Positions 9,013 to 17,877 of a stretch of DNA of 35,939 bases are shown here, one piece after another (positions within the stretch are counted from its first letter, which is position 1; every line of letters begins with the position of its first letter). The DNA lies in the NCBI GenBank assembly GCA_039925745.1, contig JBDSYI010000507.1:1-35939 (forward strand), given 5' to 3'. The notes beneath the pieces were generated by a model. That model was given only the letters and a program-made list of their open reading frames with translations, made no database searches and was not told the DNA's origin. The stretch is from Casimicrobium sp. Its GTDB lineage: Bacteria > Pseudomonadota > Gammaproteobacteria > Burkholderiales > Casimicrobiaceae. The position numbers were made by a program, and so were the translations under genes.

Positions 9013-10035
9013 TTACGTTGAAAAGCTGATACCGCACACGGGCGCATCTTTTGCGTGCACTTCGTCAGTGGTTTCCACCTGAATAGTGGCGTGATCGATG
9101 TCATATTTTTCGCTAAGCTCATCGCAGATGAGCGTCAGCCACGCGTCGCCCGGATGACCGTTCGGGCAAACGACGTGGGCGGTCAGCGCGACCGTTTCGG
9201 TTGACAGCGCCCAGATGTGCAAATCGTGCAGCGCCTTCACGTGCACGTCTGCGGCAAGATAGCGCGACACGGCAACCGCGTCGATATGCGGTGGCACGCC
9301 ATCGAGCGACAGGCGCACCGAATCCACCAACAGCCGCCACGACCCCACAGCGATCACGGCCGCGATGATGAGGCTAGTGAGCGGATCGAGCCACAGCCAG
9401 CCGGTCCACGCCATCACCAACGCGCTGACGACGACCCCGAGCGACACTGCGGCATCCGCGACCATGTGCAGATAGGCTCCGCGAACGTTGATGTCCGTCT
9501 TGCTGCCACGCATGAAGAGCCAGGCGGTGAACCCATTGATCAGAATGCCGATCGTCGCGATCCAGACGACGGGCCCGGTCATGATCGGCTGTGGATTGGC
9601 AAACCGCGTCATCGATTCCCACACGATCACGCCGAGCGCGGCGAACAGCAGCATCGCATTCGCCATTGCCGCCAGGATTGAACTGCGCCCGAGTCCGTAT
9701 GAATGCCGCGACGAAGGCTCGCGCCGCGACAGCCAGACGGCGGCCCACGCCAGCAACAGCCCGAGAACATCAGAAAAATTGTGCCCAGCGTCCGCGACCA
9801 GCGATAGCGAATTGAGCCAGAAGCCAGCTGCCGCCTCAATCGCCGCATACGTGACATTCAGCGCGATGCCAATGGCAAACACGCGGTCATAGTTCATGGG
9901 CCCGTGCGAATGTCCGCCCGGGCCATGCGAATGGCCGCCGTGGTCGCCATGGCCCGCGTCACGCGCGTGATGATCATGTCCGTGATCATGCGGGTGGTCG
10001 TGATCGTGCGGATGAGGATTGGGGTGACCTTGCAT
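9013..10035 (-). CDS. Cation diffusion facilitator (CzcD/ZitB-like) with His-rich N-terminus
   Basis: SLSLVADAGHNFSD, NVRGAYLHMVAD, HDLHIWALS, HATIQVE. Confidence 0.93.
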   Translation of the reverse strand: MQGHPNPHPHDHDHPHDHGHDHHARDAGHGDHGGHSHGPGGHSHGPMNYDRVFAIGIALNVTYAAIEAAAGFWLNSLSLVADAGHNFSDVLGLLLAWAAVWLSRREPSSRHSYGLGRSSILAAMANAMLLFAALGVIVWESMTRFANPQPIMTGPVVWIATIGILINGFTAWLFMRGSKTDINVRGAYLHMVADAAVSLGVVVSALVMAWTGWLWLDPLTSLIIAAVIAVGSWRLLVDSVRLSLDGVPPHIDAVAVSRYLAADVHVKALHDLHIWALSTETVALTAHVVCPNGHPGDAWLTLICDELSEKYDIDHATIQVETTDEVHAKDAPVCGISFST

Positions 10036-10044
10036 ATTTAGTGC

Positions 10045-10980
10045 TCAGTCCGCGCCGATCAGCACTTTGACGTGCTCGCCAACACTTCGTGCCAGGGCGT
10101 CCAGCGAGTAACCGCCTTCGAGCGTCGACACAATGCTGCCGTTCGAATACAGATCGGCGACAGCAACCAACTGCTGCGTTACCCAGCGATAGTCCGCCTC
10201 CACCCAACCGAGCGAGGCCAGGTCGTCGTCACGATGCGCGTCGAAACCGGCAGAAATCACGATCAACTCCGGCTGAAATTCTTGCAGCGCGGGGAGCCAG
10301 CGATCGGTTACGGCGGCGCGCATCGCGTCACCCTTTGTGTAAGCCGTCAATGGCACGTTGACCATGTTGTCGGCAAGCGGTCGCTCGCCAGTGCCAGGAT
10401 AGAGATGGTGCTGAAAGGTCGACACCATGAGCACGCGCCCGGCATCGCACTCCTCGGCCAGAATGTCTTCAGAACCATTACCGTGGTGCACGTCAAAATC
10501 AACCAGCGCCACGCGTTGTAAACCATGTGCCTCAAGCGCGTGCAGCACGGCAATTGCTGCGCTATTCAAAAAGCAAAATCCCATCGCGCGATTGCGCTCG
10601 GCGTGATGCCCTGGCGGCCGGATATTGCAAAACGCTCGCTCGACTTCGCCGGTGCAAACCAGATCCACTGCCCGCACGGCCGCACCGACGGCGTGCAACA
10701 CCGCATTCAGGGTGTGCGGATTCATCGTCGTGTCGCCGTCGATACCGGCATAGCCTTGCAGTGGTGAGATCGCAAGAAGCTCGTCCAGCAGCTCAGCACT
10801 GTGAGCGCGCAAGATTACCTCACGTGTGGCCGCCGGAGCCGTCTCTTCCCGCATGAAATCGAGCAGTCCGGTTCCCCGTAAATAATCATTGATGACGCGC
10901 ACGCGATCCGGGCATTCGGGGTGATGTGACCCCATTTCGTGCTGGGTTGAAGACGGGTGAGTAATGTAGGCAACAGTCAT
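10045..10980 (-). CDS. Zn-dependent histone deacetylase / AcuC-AphA family protein
   Basis: HPECPDR, RPPGHHA, GFC, DFDVHHGNG, SAGFDAH, LEGGY all present. MTVAY start preferred over 11034. Confidence 0.93.
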   Translation of the reverse strand: MTVAYITHPSSTQHEMGSHHPECPDRVRVINDYLRGTGLLDFMREETAPAATREVILRAHSAELLDELLAISPLQGYAGIDGDTTMNPHTLNAVLHAVGAAVRAVDLVCTGEVERAFCNIRPPGHHAERNRAMGFCFLNSAAIAVLHALEAHGLQRVALVDFDVHHGNGSEDILAEECDAGRVLMVSTFQHHLYPGTGERPLADNMVNVPLTAYTKGDAMRAAVTDRWLPALQEFQPELIVISAGFDAHRDDDLASLGWVEADYRWVTQQLVAVADLYSNGSIVSTLEGGYSLDALARSVGEHVKVLIGAD

Positions 10981-11213
10981 AGTGAGCAGTTTAGCGGGCA
11001 TGCGCGCGGCTTGCATCGAAGGTGTTAAAAACATGGCCGGTCAACACCGTTCCTGTCGCGCGTCCACGATGGCCTGGAAACCGCGTAACTTGACTGTGCC
11101 CTGATGTTTGTCGAGTCCGAGTAGGGGTTTCGTGCCGCAGCCGCCGACTGCGAAAATCGCGTGAATCGGCGTGACTTGCGTCCTCTTCGTCGCCATTATT
11201 TGGCTGCACTGCA

Positions 11214-12254
11214 ATGAAAACTATATCAATTCCGCTCCGCCCAGATTCCTCTGCATTTGACACGGTGATCGCACACGCGATTCGCGGAAATCTGACGGAG
11301 GCACTGCCGCTGCTCGAACGCATCGAACCGTCGACAATTTCCGACGAGTTGAAGGCCACACGAGCCTGTATGTTGGCTCGATTTGCAGGGCCGCGTGGCG
11401 TCGCCGACATAGTCGGTGTTCCTGCGGTGGTCTCGAACCTGATTAATCTGTTTCAAAATTATTGGCATGGCCAGCTGATGCGATCGCAGGCGAAAGATCT
11501 TGCAGAAACGTCGTTGCGAACGGGGCTCACTCAACTGCTGCGGGCTGAAGCGGTAGCGCTCTCCGCTGAGCCTGATCTGGATGAGTTGTCAGCGGCCGTG
11601 GTGGCGTTTGTCGAGCGCAAGGGCATGCATGCGTTGGGCGGCATTACGTCGCCGTATCGTGAGCTGATGATTTGGCGACGGGAAGACGAAAAGCGGTATC
11701 CGGTGACGCTCGTTGAGGGATCCATCGAAGTACCAATCGTGTTTATGGACGATTTTCTGGTCTGCGGCTGGCTTCGCTATGCGACGTGCGACAAGCGTGG
11801 TACCGGCGGCTGGGCGAAACCGGACAAGCTGTACGCGGTGAAGCGACGCTATGACGTTACCAGTCAAGCCTTCGTAGTGAGCTACGTCCATCACGAAGGC
11901 CAACATTTTTTTGACTTCCAACAATTTCCAAAACTTGAGCAGCCGGAACTTGAATACAGAGCGAAGCTCGCGGAAATCATCGCCACTCAAACCGACGATT
12001 ATCTGTTTGATCTGCTGAAAGACTTCGGCAACAGCGCCGCGCGTGGCCGCGGCTTACCGCACTCGCACGCAGCGTTTTGGTTGCTCGCGAACCTGAAAAT
12101 GAGAATTGGCCGTGATCCAGCGTTCGAGGTCAATGGATGGCGATCGTTTTCGCCTGCGGCGATCCGATCCGCGGCGCGCGCAGAGCTGCTGGAATCAAGC
12201 GCTCAGTTGCGAGCGCTGGGCGCTGCCAGCGTGACGGGCTATTTGCCGGAGTAA
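11214..12254 (+). CDS. Hypothetical protein with HExxH...ExxA zincin-like motif
   Basis: 346-aa ORF filling the gap. YVHHEGQH followed by ELEYRA. True start may lie upstream (see findings). Confidence 0.7.
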   Translation: MKTISIPLRPDSSAFDTVIAHAIRGNLTEALPLLERIEPSTISDELKATRACMLARFAGPRGVADIVGVPAVVSNLINLFQNYWHGQLMRSQAKDLAETSLRTGLTQLLRAEAVALSAEPDLDELSAAVVAFVERKGMHALGGITSPYRELMIWRREDEKRYPVTLVEGSIEVPIVFMDDFLVCGWLRYATCDKRGTGGWAKPDKLYAVKRRYDVTSQAFVVSYVHHEGQHFFDFQQFPKLEQPELEYRAKLAEIIATQTDDYLFDLLKDFGNSAARGRGLPHSHAAFWLLANLKMRIGRDPAFEVNGWRSFSPAAIRSAARAELLESSAQLRALGAASVTGYLPE

Positions 12255-12357
12255 ATGGATTCGTTTTGATCGTGCAAAACGAGGATCAACGGATTGCGCT
12301 GTGGTGCGGGCGTTGGCGTAGGTCGGCAACCGTCGGCGCGACAGTGGCGCGTCCAAC

Positions 12358-12384
12358 AAAAAAGGCCCCGAAGGGCCCTTTTTT
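12358..12384. terminator. Intrinsic terminator after efp, bidirectional shape
   Basis: A6-GGCCC-CGAA-GGGCC-C-T6. Confidence 0.85.
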
Positions 12385-12405
12385 AGCGGAACAGTTGAGC
12401 GACGT

Positions 12406-12963
12406 TTACACGCGCTTCTTGAACTCATCGGTACGCGTATCGATCTCGATCACGTCGCCCGTGTTTACAAACGCCGGAACCGGGATCTCGAAACCCGTTC
12501 CTTTGAGGCGTGCAGGCTTCATGACCTTGCCGGAAGTGTCGCCACGAACCGCAGGCTCGGTGTACTCGACTTCACGAACCAGCGTGGTCGGAATTTCAAG
12601 GCCGATGGCGCGTCCGTCGTAGAACGTGACCTCGCACGGCATTGCGTCTTCGAGGTACTTGAGCGCGTCGCCCATGCTGTCTTTTTCGATGTCGTACTGG
12701 TTGTACTCCGCATCCATGAATGCGTACATCGGGTCGTTGAAGTAGCTGTACGTGACTTCTTTTTTCTCTAGCATGACGACTTCAAATTTGTCGTCCGCCT
12801 TGAATACGGTTTCAGTGCCACCGTTTGAGAGCAGATTCTTCAGTTTCGCTTTAACGACAGCGGCGTTGCGGCCCGATTTTGACAGCTCGGCCTTAATGAC
12901 AACCATCGGCGCGCCGCTGATCATGATGACGTTACCAGTGCGGAGTTCAGATGCGAGTTTCAT
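12406..12963 (-). CDS. efp: Elongation factor P, Arg32 (rhamnosylated) type
   Basis: [10 protein letters not shown] loop, [25 protein letters not shown]. Adjacent to earP. Confidence 0.97.
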   Translation of the reverse strand: MKLASELRTGNVIMISGAPMVVIKAELSKSGRNAAVVKAKLKNLLSNGGTETVFKADDKFEVVMLEKKEVTYSYFNDPMYAFMDAEYNQYDIEKDSMGDALKYLEDAMPCEVTFYDGRAIGLEIPTTLVREVEYTEPAVRGDTSGKVMKPARLKGTGFEIPVPAFVNTGDVIEIDTRTDEFKKRV

Positions 12964-13064
12964 AGATTAATTTTTAGAGGTTACGCGCCTGAAACGTTCG
13001 GATTCAATCGCGACGGACACGATCAATGGGACTGGCGCTGGTTTTCGTAGCAAAGCCTTTAATT

Positions 13065-14093
13065 TTAGCTAATTTTTTGCTTTGTCTGCGAATTTAGGAA
13101 TTTGAGGAGACGCGTGGCGAGGTCGGTTTCGGCGAATAAGTGGTCGCGCCAGCGGCTGGCGTGAGCCGCAAGTGTGGGTAATTGCCTGGCGAAACCGGCG
13201 TAGACGGCTGCGTCCACGTCACCGCGATTGAAGGCGTGGTGAGCACGTGTGAGCGCGTCGGTGGCATCAGGTGCGAGGCCTTCACAATAACGATCCAGCC
13301 ATGCGTCCAGCTTGATGAAATGGGCATTGTCCGGGGTCGGGTAGATATGCCAGAGAAACGGCTTTGCTGCGTACTGGGCGCGCAGGAAGGAGTCCTCGCC
13401 CCGCACCACAAGGACATCGAACTCGCCGAGGAGGGCGTCGAATCGGGTTTGTGCGACGGGCGCGGTGGCGAACCACGCTGGGTCGGCGTCGTCGAGTTTG
13501 CACGATGTCGTGACATGGCCTTTAAGGGCAGTGGCGAACGCGCGTACGGGGGCATGCGGGTAGGCGAAGGCGAATAGGTGCGTCGCGTTGTCATCAGCGC
13601 ACTTGGTTCCAGTCGAGGAAACGGCCGCCAAACCGCGCTCCCGGATCAGACCGCCACTTGCCGCAGTAAAACCCGGACAGAAAAAATACTTCGTCAACGG
13701 AAGCCTCTGATGCGCCGAGGGAAGTCCGTGCACGCCGTCAACCCACGCCTCTGCAGTGAGGTATTCGAGGTTGATCCAGACTGGCTTTTCGGTGAGCGCT
13801 GCCATTGCTTCGACATACGCCGACGGCGGGTCGCAGGCAAAGGCTTCAATCACAACTTCGGCGGGCGGCAGCGCGTCGGAAATGCGCCACGCAATAACGT
13901 CCACGCCGAGCAGATTTTGCTGCGTCAACGTCGGGTCAATCTCCGGCGCAACGAATCGAAACGCTTCGAGATCGTCAACGATGAGCCGGACTTTGCAGCC
14001 GCGTTCAACGACTAGCTGTCGGGCCAATCGCCAACAAACGCCGATGTCGCCATAGTTGTCGACGACATGACAGAAAAGGTCAATTGAAGGCAT
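13065..14093 (-). CDS. earP: EF-P arginine rhamnosyltransferase
   Basis: DLFCHVVDNYGDIGVCWRLARQL, IEAFAC, WINLEYL.AE.WV, VRGEDSF.RAQ, W.IYP. Upstream of efp. Confidence 0.95.
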   Translation of the reverse strand: MPSIDLFCHVVDNYGDIGVCWRLARQLVVERGCKVRLIVDDLEAFRFVAPEIDPTLTQQNLLGVDVIAWRISDALPPAEVVIEAFACDPPSAYVEAMAALTEKPVWINLEYLTAEAWVDGVHGLPSAHQRLPLTKYFFCPGFTAASGGLIRERGLAAVSSTGTKCADDNATHLFAFAYPHAPVRAFATALKGHVTTSCKLDDADPAWFATAPVAQTRFDALLGEFDVLVVRGEDSFLRAQYAAKPFLWHIYPTPDNAHFIKLDAWLDRYCEGLAPDATDALTRAHHAFNRGDVDAAVYAGFARQLPTLAAHASRWRDHLFAETDLATRLLKFLNSQTKQKIS

Positions 14094-14156
14094 CAGCTTT
14101 TGCGTAAAAACGCCATAAATCAAGGGCTAAGGCCTGAAAATTACTAAAGTCGATAT

Positions 14157-14171
14157 TGTAATTATTCAACA
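14157..14171. promoter_or_regulatory. HexR-like box upstream of earP (TGTAATTATTCAACA)
   Basis: Matches the reverse complement of the zwf box at 11 of 15 positions. Flanks extend the symmetry (ATTGT...ACAAT). Confidence 0.5.
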
Positions 14172-14241
14172 ATCAACCCCCGTAGAACGGTTAATTCGGC
14201 GAAAAGCTGAAGCAGAAATACTTGACCCGAATAGCGTTTGT

Positions 14242-15174
14242 CTACGCCGCCGAAATCAACGCTTCCAATTTGCCCGCATCGACTGCAAACGCGCGAATGC
14301 CTTCCGCCAATTTCTCCGTTGCCATCGCGTCGTTGTTGAGCGCATAGCGAAACGCCGGCTCGGCCGTGTTGAGTTTGACTGGGGCGACTGCCGCCGTGTC
14401 CGGTGGCAAAAGTTTGCGCTCGACTGGATCGCTCATGCCTTGCAATTGGTTCAACAAATCTGGCGAAATGGTGAGCAAGTCACACCCCGCCAAAGCGAGG
14501 ATTTCGCCGATGTTCCTGAAGCTTGCGCCCATCACTTCGGTCTTGTAGCCGTAGTGTTTGAAGTAGGAGTAGATAAAGCGCACGGATTGCACGCCAGGGT
14601 CTTCTTCGGCCGTGAAATCCTTGCCGTCGCGCTTTTTGTACCAGTCCATGATGCGGCCCACGAACGGCGAAATCAGCGTGATCTTGCCCTCGGCACAGGC
14701 GGCCGCCTGAATCGGGCTAAAAAGCAAAGTGAGGTTGCAGTGAATTCCCTCTTTCTCAAGCACGGTGGCGGCCTGAATACCTTCCCAGGTCGAAGCAATT
14801 TTGATCAGCACGCGTTCTTTGCCGATTCCTGCCGCAGCGTAAAGCGCGATCAGTTCGTGCGCCTTCGCAATGGTCGCCAGGGTGTCAAACGAGAGTCGCG
14901 CATCGACCTCGGTGGATACACGACCCGGCACGATTTTGAGGATTTCGAGACCAAAGCGGATGAGCACGCGATCAACAATCTCGCCAACCGCCAGCGCACG
15001 ATTCGCGGCCACCGTTTCGCTGAATAACGGCTTGTAGGCGTCTTGTTGCACCGCCTTCAAAATCAGCGATGGATTGGTCGTGGCGTCCCTTGGCGCATAG
15101 GCGCGCATCGAATTGAAGTCGCCAGTGTCGGCGACAACGATGGTGAATTGTTTTAGCTGATCGAGCGTGTTCAT
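14242..15174 (-). CDS. tal: Transaldolase
   Basis: [57 protein letters not shown]. Confidence 0.97.
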   Translation of the reverse strand: MNTLDQLKQFTIVVADTGDFNSMRAYAPRDATTNPSLILKAVQQDAYKPLFSETVAANRALAVGEIVDRVLIRFGLEILKIVPGRVSTEVDARLSFDTLATIAKAHELIALYAAAGIGKERVLIKIASTWEGIQAATVLEKEGIHCNLTLLFSPIQAAACAEGKITLISPFVGRIMDWYKKRDGKDFTAEEDPGVQSVRFIYSYFKHYGYKTEVMGASFRNIGEILALAGCDLLTISPDLLNQLQGMSDPVERKLLPPDTAAVAPVKLNTAEPAFRYALNNDAMATEKLAEGIRAFAVDAGKLEALISAA

Positions 15175-15204
15175 AGTGTGCGGTTGGCTTTCTGGGCTTG
15201 CGTT

Positions 15205-15310
15205 TGTCGTCGTGCGCCGAGCGAAGGATCATGTGACACCGGGACTGTCCTGAAATTAGCAACAGCCAAAGCGGTGAACGCGATCCTTTGCCGTGAGGCT
15301 CAGGATGACG
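15205..15310. repeat. Degenerate CGTC-type REP doublet
   Basis: Left arm TGTCGTCGTGCGCCGAGCGAAGGATC (15205-15230). Right arm reverse complement CGTCATCCTGAGCCTCACGGCAAAGGATC (15282-15310). Confidence 0.6.
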
Positions 15311-15356
15311 ATATTTATCGTGCGTATTGTCGCCATGTAGCCCTGTAACTGCCTCT

Positions 15357-15371
15357 TGTTGTTTTACTACA
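15357..15371. promoter_or_regulatory. HexR operator (TGTTGTTTTACTACA)
   Basis: Fits the TGTA-N7-TACA HexR consensus with one mismatch. Lies 19 bp upstream of zwf, between divergent tal and zwf-hexR. Confidence 0.8.
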
Positions 15372-15390
15372 TGCCTGTTATTGTTAAGGC

Positions 15391-16848
15391 ATGGAAAGCA
15401 ATTTTGATCTCGTAATTTTCGGCGGCACGGGCGATCTGGCGCTGCGCAAACTATACCCTGCATTGTTTCTCGCCGATTGCGATGACAGGCTGCACCCACA
15501 GGGGCGCATCATCGCCGCTGCGCGGCAAGCGCTGGACGAAGCAGACTTTCGTGCCAAGGTGTCGGAAGCGCTCGCGCGCTTTGTGCCGGAACTCGTGCAG
15601 GGCGCGCGCGCTGAATGTTTGCAGCGCTTTCTCTCGCGTCTGACGTACTTCGCGCTCGACGTGAACGATGTGAATCAATATCGCGACCTAAAAGAATCAC
15701 TCGATGAGCGCGACAGTCATACCGTGTTTTATTTGTCGGTCGGCCCGAAGCTGTTTGCACCGATTATTGGCGGGTTGAAACAAGCGGGTTTGAATACCGC
15801 CGAGACGCGCATCGTGCTCGAAAAACCTCTCGGTCGCGATCTCGCCTCATCGCGTCAATTAAATTCGCTGGTGCTCGACGCATTCACTGAGTCACAGGTC
15901 TATCGCATCGATCATTATCTTGGTAAGGAGACGGTGCAGAATCTGCTGGCGCTGCGTTTCGGAAATACGTTTCTGGAGCCGTTATGGAACCGAACCTGGG
16001 TGAGCGATGTGCAGATCACTATCGCCGAGTCGGTCGGTGTCGAGACGCGCGGTGAGTTCTATGACGAGACTGGTGCCTTCCGCGATATGGTGCAAAACCA
16101 TTTGCTGAATTTGCTGTGCATGACCGCAATGGAGCCACCCGCGAGTCTTGACCCTGACGCAGTGCGTGATGAAAAATTGCAGGTGCTGCGGGCGCTCAAG
16201 CCGTGGACCCAGGACACCATCCGCGAGAACATTGTTCGCGGTCAATATCGCGCTGGATCGATGGCGGGCGTACCAGCAGTCGCTTATGTCTCGGAGCAGG
16301 GCGTTAGTGCGACTTCGCGCACCGAGACCTATGTAGCGTTGCGCGCTGAGCTGTCAAATTGGCGCTGGGCTGGCGTGCCGTTTTATCTGCGTACTGGCAA
16401 GCGTATGGCCGAGCGCCGTGCCGAAATCGTGATTAACTTCAAGTCACCACCCCACTCGATTTTCCAGAGCCCGCTGGTGCCGAACCGGCTTGTGATCAAG
16501 TTGCAACCCGAGGAAAGCGTGCGTCTCTACACGATGGCGAAAGCGTCCGGTGATGGCATGCATTTGCGCGAAGTGCACCTTGATCTTGATTTCAAGGAAT
16601 TTTTCCCTGAGCGCAGGCAGGACGCCTACGAGCGCCTGCTACTTGACGTGTTGCGCGGCAACCCAACGCTCTTTATGCGTCGCGACGAGGCCGATGCGGC
16701 GTGGCGCTGGGTGCAACCAATTCTTGATTATTGGGCCACCGACGCTGGCCCTCCGATCGGTTACGCAGCGGGTAGCTGGGGACCGCCAGCGTCAAGCCGC
16801 CTCACGGCGCGCGGCGATACGGCGTGGCACGAAGAGCGCAGTGTTTAA
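15391..16848 (+). CDS. zwf: Glucose-6-phosphate 1-dehydrogenase
   Basis: GGTGDLA.RKL.PAL, EKPLG, YRIDHYLGKE, RDMVQNH, GVPFYLRTGKR. Confidence 0.97.
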   Translation: MESNFDLVIFGGTGDLALRKLYPALFLADCDDRLHPQGRIIAAARQALDEADFRAKVSEALARFVPELVQGARAECLQRFLSRLTYFALDVNDVNQYRDLKESLDERDSHTVFYLSVGPKLFAPIIGGLKQAGLNTAETRIVLEKPLGRDLASSRQLNSLVLDAFTESQVYRIDHYLGKETVQNLLALRFGNTFLEPLWNRTWVSDVQITIAESVGVETRGEFYDETGAFRDMVQNHLLNLLCMTAMEPPASLDPDAVRDEKLQVLRALKPWTQDTIRENIVRGQYRAGSMAGVPAVAYVSEQGVSATSRTETYVALRAELSNWRWAGVPFYLRTGKRMAERRAEIVINFKSPPHSIFQSPLVPNRLVIKLQPEESVRLYTMAKASGDGMHLREVHLDLDFKEFFPERRQDAYERLLLDVLRGNPTLFMRRDEADAAWRWVQPILDYWATDAGPPIGYAAGSWGPPASSRLTARGDTAWHEERSV

Positions 16849-16889
16849 GCTCGGCACCTGCCAAATAAGAGTGCAATGAGGAGAAAAGC

Positions 16890-17828
16890 GTGAATGCCGC
16901 CGTTGAATTAGCAAACGTTGCGCCCGTGGCCGCTTCCGATGCGCTCGTTTCGCGCATCACCGCCGTGCGCTTGTCGCTGCGCCCGAGCGAACAACGCGTT
17001 GCGGCGTACGTGCTCGGTCAGCCGAACCGAGTTGCACACATGGCGATTGCGGAGTTGGCGGAGGCCGTTGGCGTCACTGATCCCACCATCGCGCGCTTTT
17101 GCCAGGCGCTGGGCTTCACCGGTTACAAAGCCTTTAAGGTAGCGCTGGCGAAAAGTCTCGCCACCGGCGTGCCCTACGTACACACGGATGTTTCTGCGCA
17201 GGATTCGTGCGCCGACGTGATCGCTAAAGTGTTTGACCGCTCCATCGCCACGCTCATCGCGATGAGAAATCAGGTCGATCCCAAGGTGTTCGAGCGCGCG
17301 GCGGACGCGATCACTGGCGCGCGGCGTGTGGAGTTCTATGGCGTTGGCAATTCCGGCGTGGTGGCGATGGATGCCCAACATAAATTTTTCCTGCTAGGCA
17401 TGCACACAGTTGCCTACAACGACCCGCACTGGCAAGTGCAGTCAGCGGCGTTATTGACGCCAGAGGATGTGGTTGTGGCAATCTCGCGCACTGGGCGCAC
17501 GCGCGACATGATTCAGACCTGCGAGCTGGCACAGCGGGCGGGAGCGACCGTGATTGCGGTCACCGAGCGTGCTTCGCAATTAGCGAAGCTGGCCGACATC
17601 GCGCTTGCGGTCGACGTCGACGAAGACCCGGATGTCTATTCACCGATGGTTGGCCGGCTCGCTCAGTTGGCGCTGGTTGATGCATTAGCCGTTGCCGTGG
17701 CCTTGAAGCGCGGCCCCGAGCTGCAGCAGACGTTACGCAGAGCGAAGGAAACACTGGTCGCAAAGCGCGAAAAAGAGGGCGACATGCTGACTCCGCTGAC
17801 GTTGGCAGCACGCAGTCGCTGGATTTGA
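16890..17828 (+). CDS. hexR: RpiR-family regulator (HTH + SIS), HexR
   Basis: PTIARFC.ALGF.GY..FK..LA.SLA.G.PYVH, YGVGNSG.VA.DAQHKFF. Directly after zwf. Confidence 0.88.
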   Translation: MNAAVELANVAPVAASDALVSRITAVRLSLRPSEQRVAAYVLGQPNRVAHMAIAELAEAVGVTDPTIARFCQALGFTGYKAFKVALAKSLATGVPYVHTDVSAQDSCADVIAKVFDRSIATLIAMRNQVDPKVFERAADAITGARRVEFYGVGNSGVVAMDAQHKFFLLGMHTVAYNDPHWQVQSAALLTPEDVVVAISRTGRTRDMIQTCELAQRAGATVIAVTERASQLAKLADIALAVDVDEDPDVYSPMVGRLAQLALVDALAVAVALKRGPELQQTLRRAKETLVAKREKEGDMLTPLTLAARSRWI

Positions 17829-17877
17829 CCGCGTTGGACCGCTGCCTACTTATACTTCCGCACATGAAACATCGCCA

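Noticed and set aside
9895-10030. Short nucleotide repeats as an array
   Set aside because: Explained by the His-rich coding repeat of the CDF N-terminus; no repeat-spacer structure.
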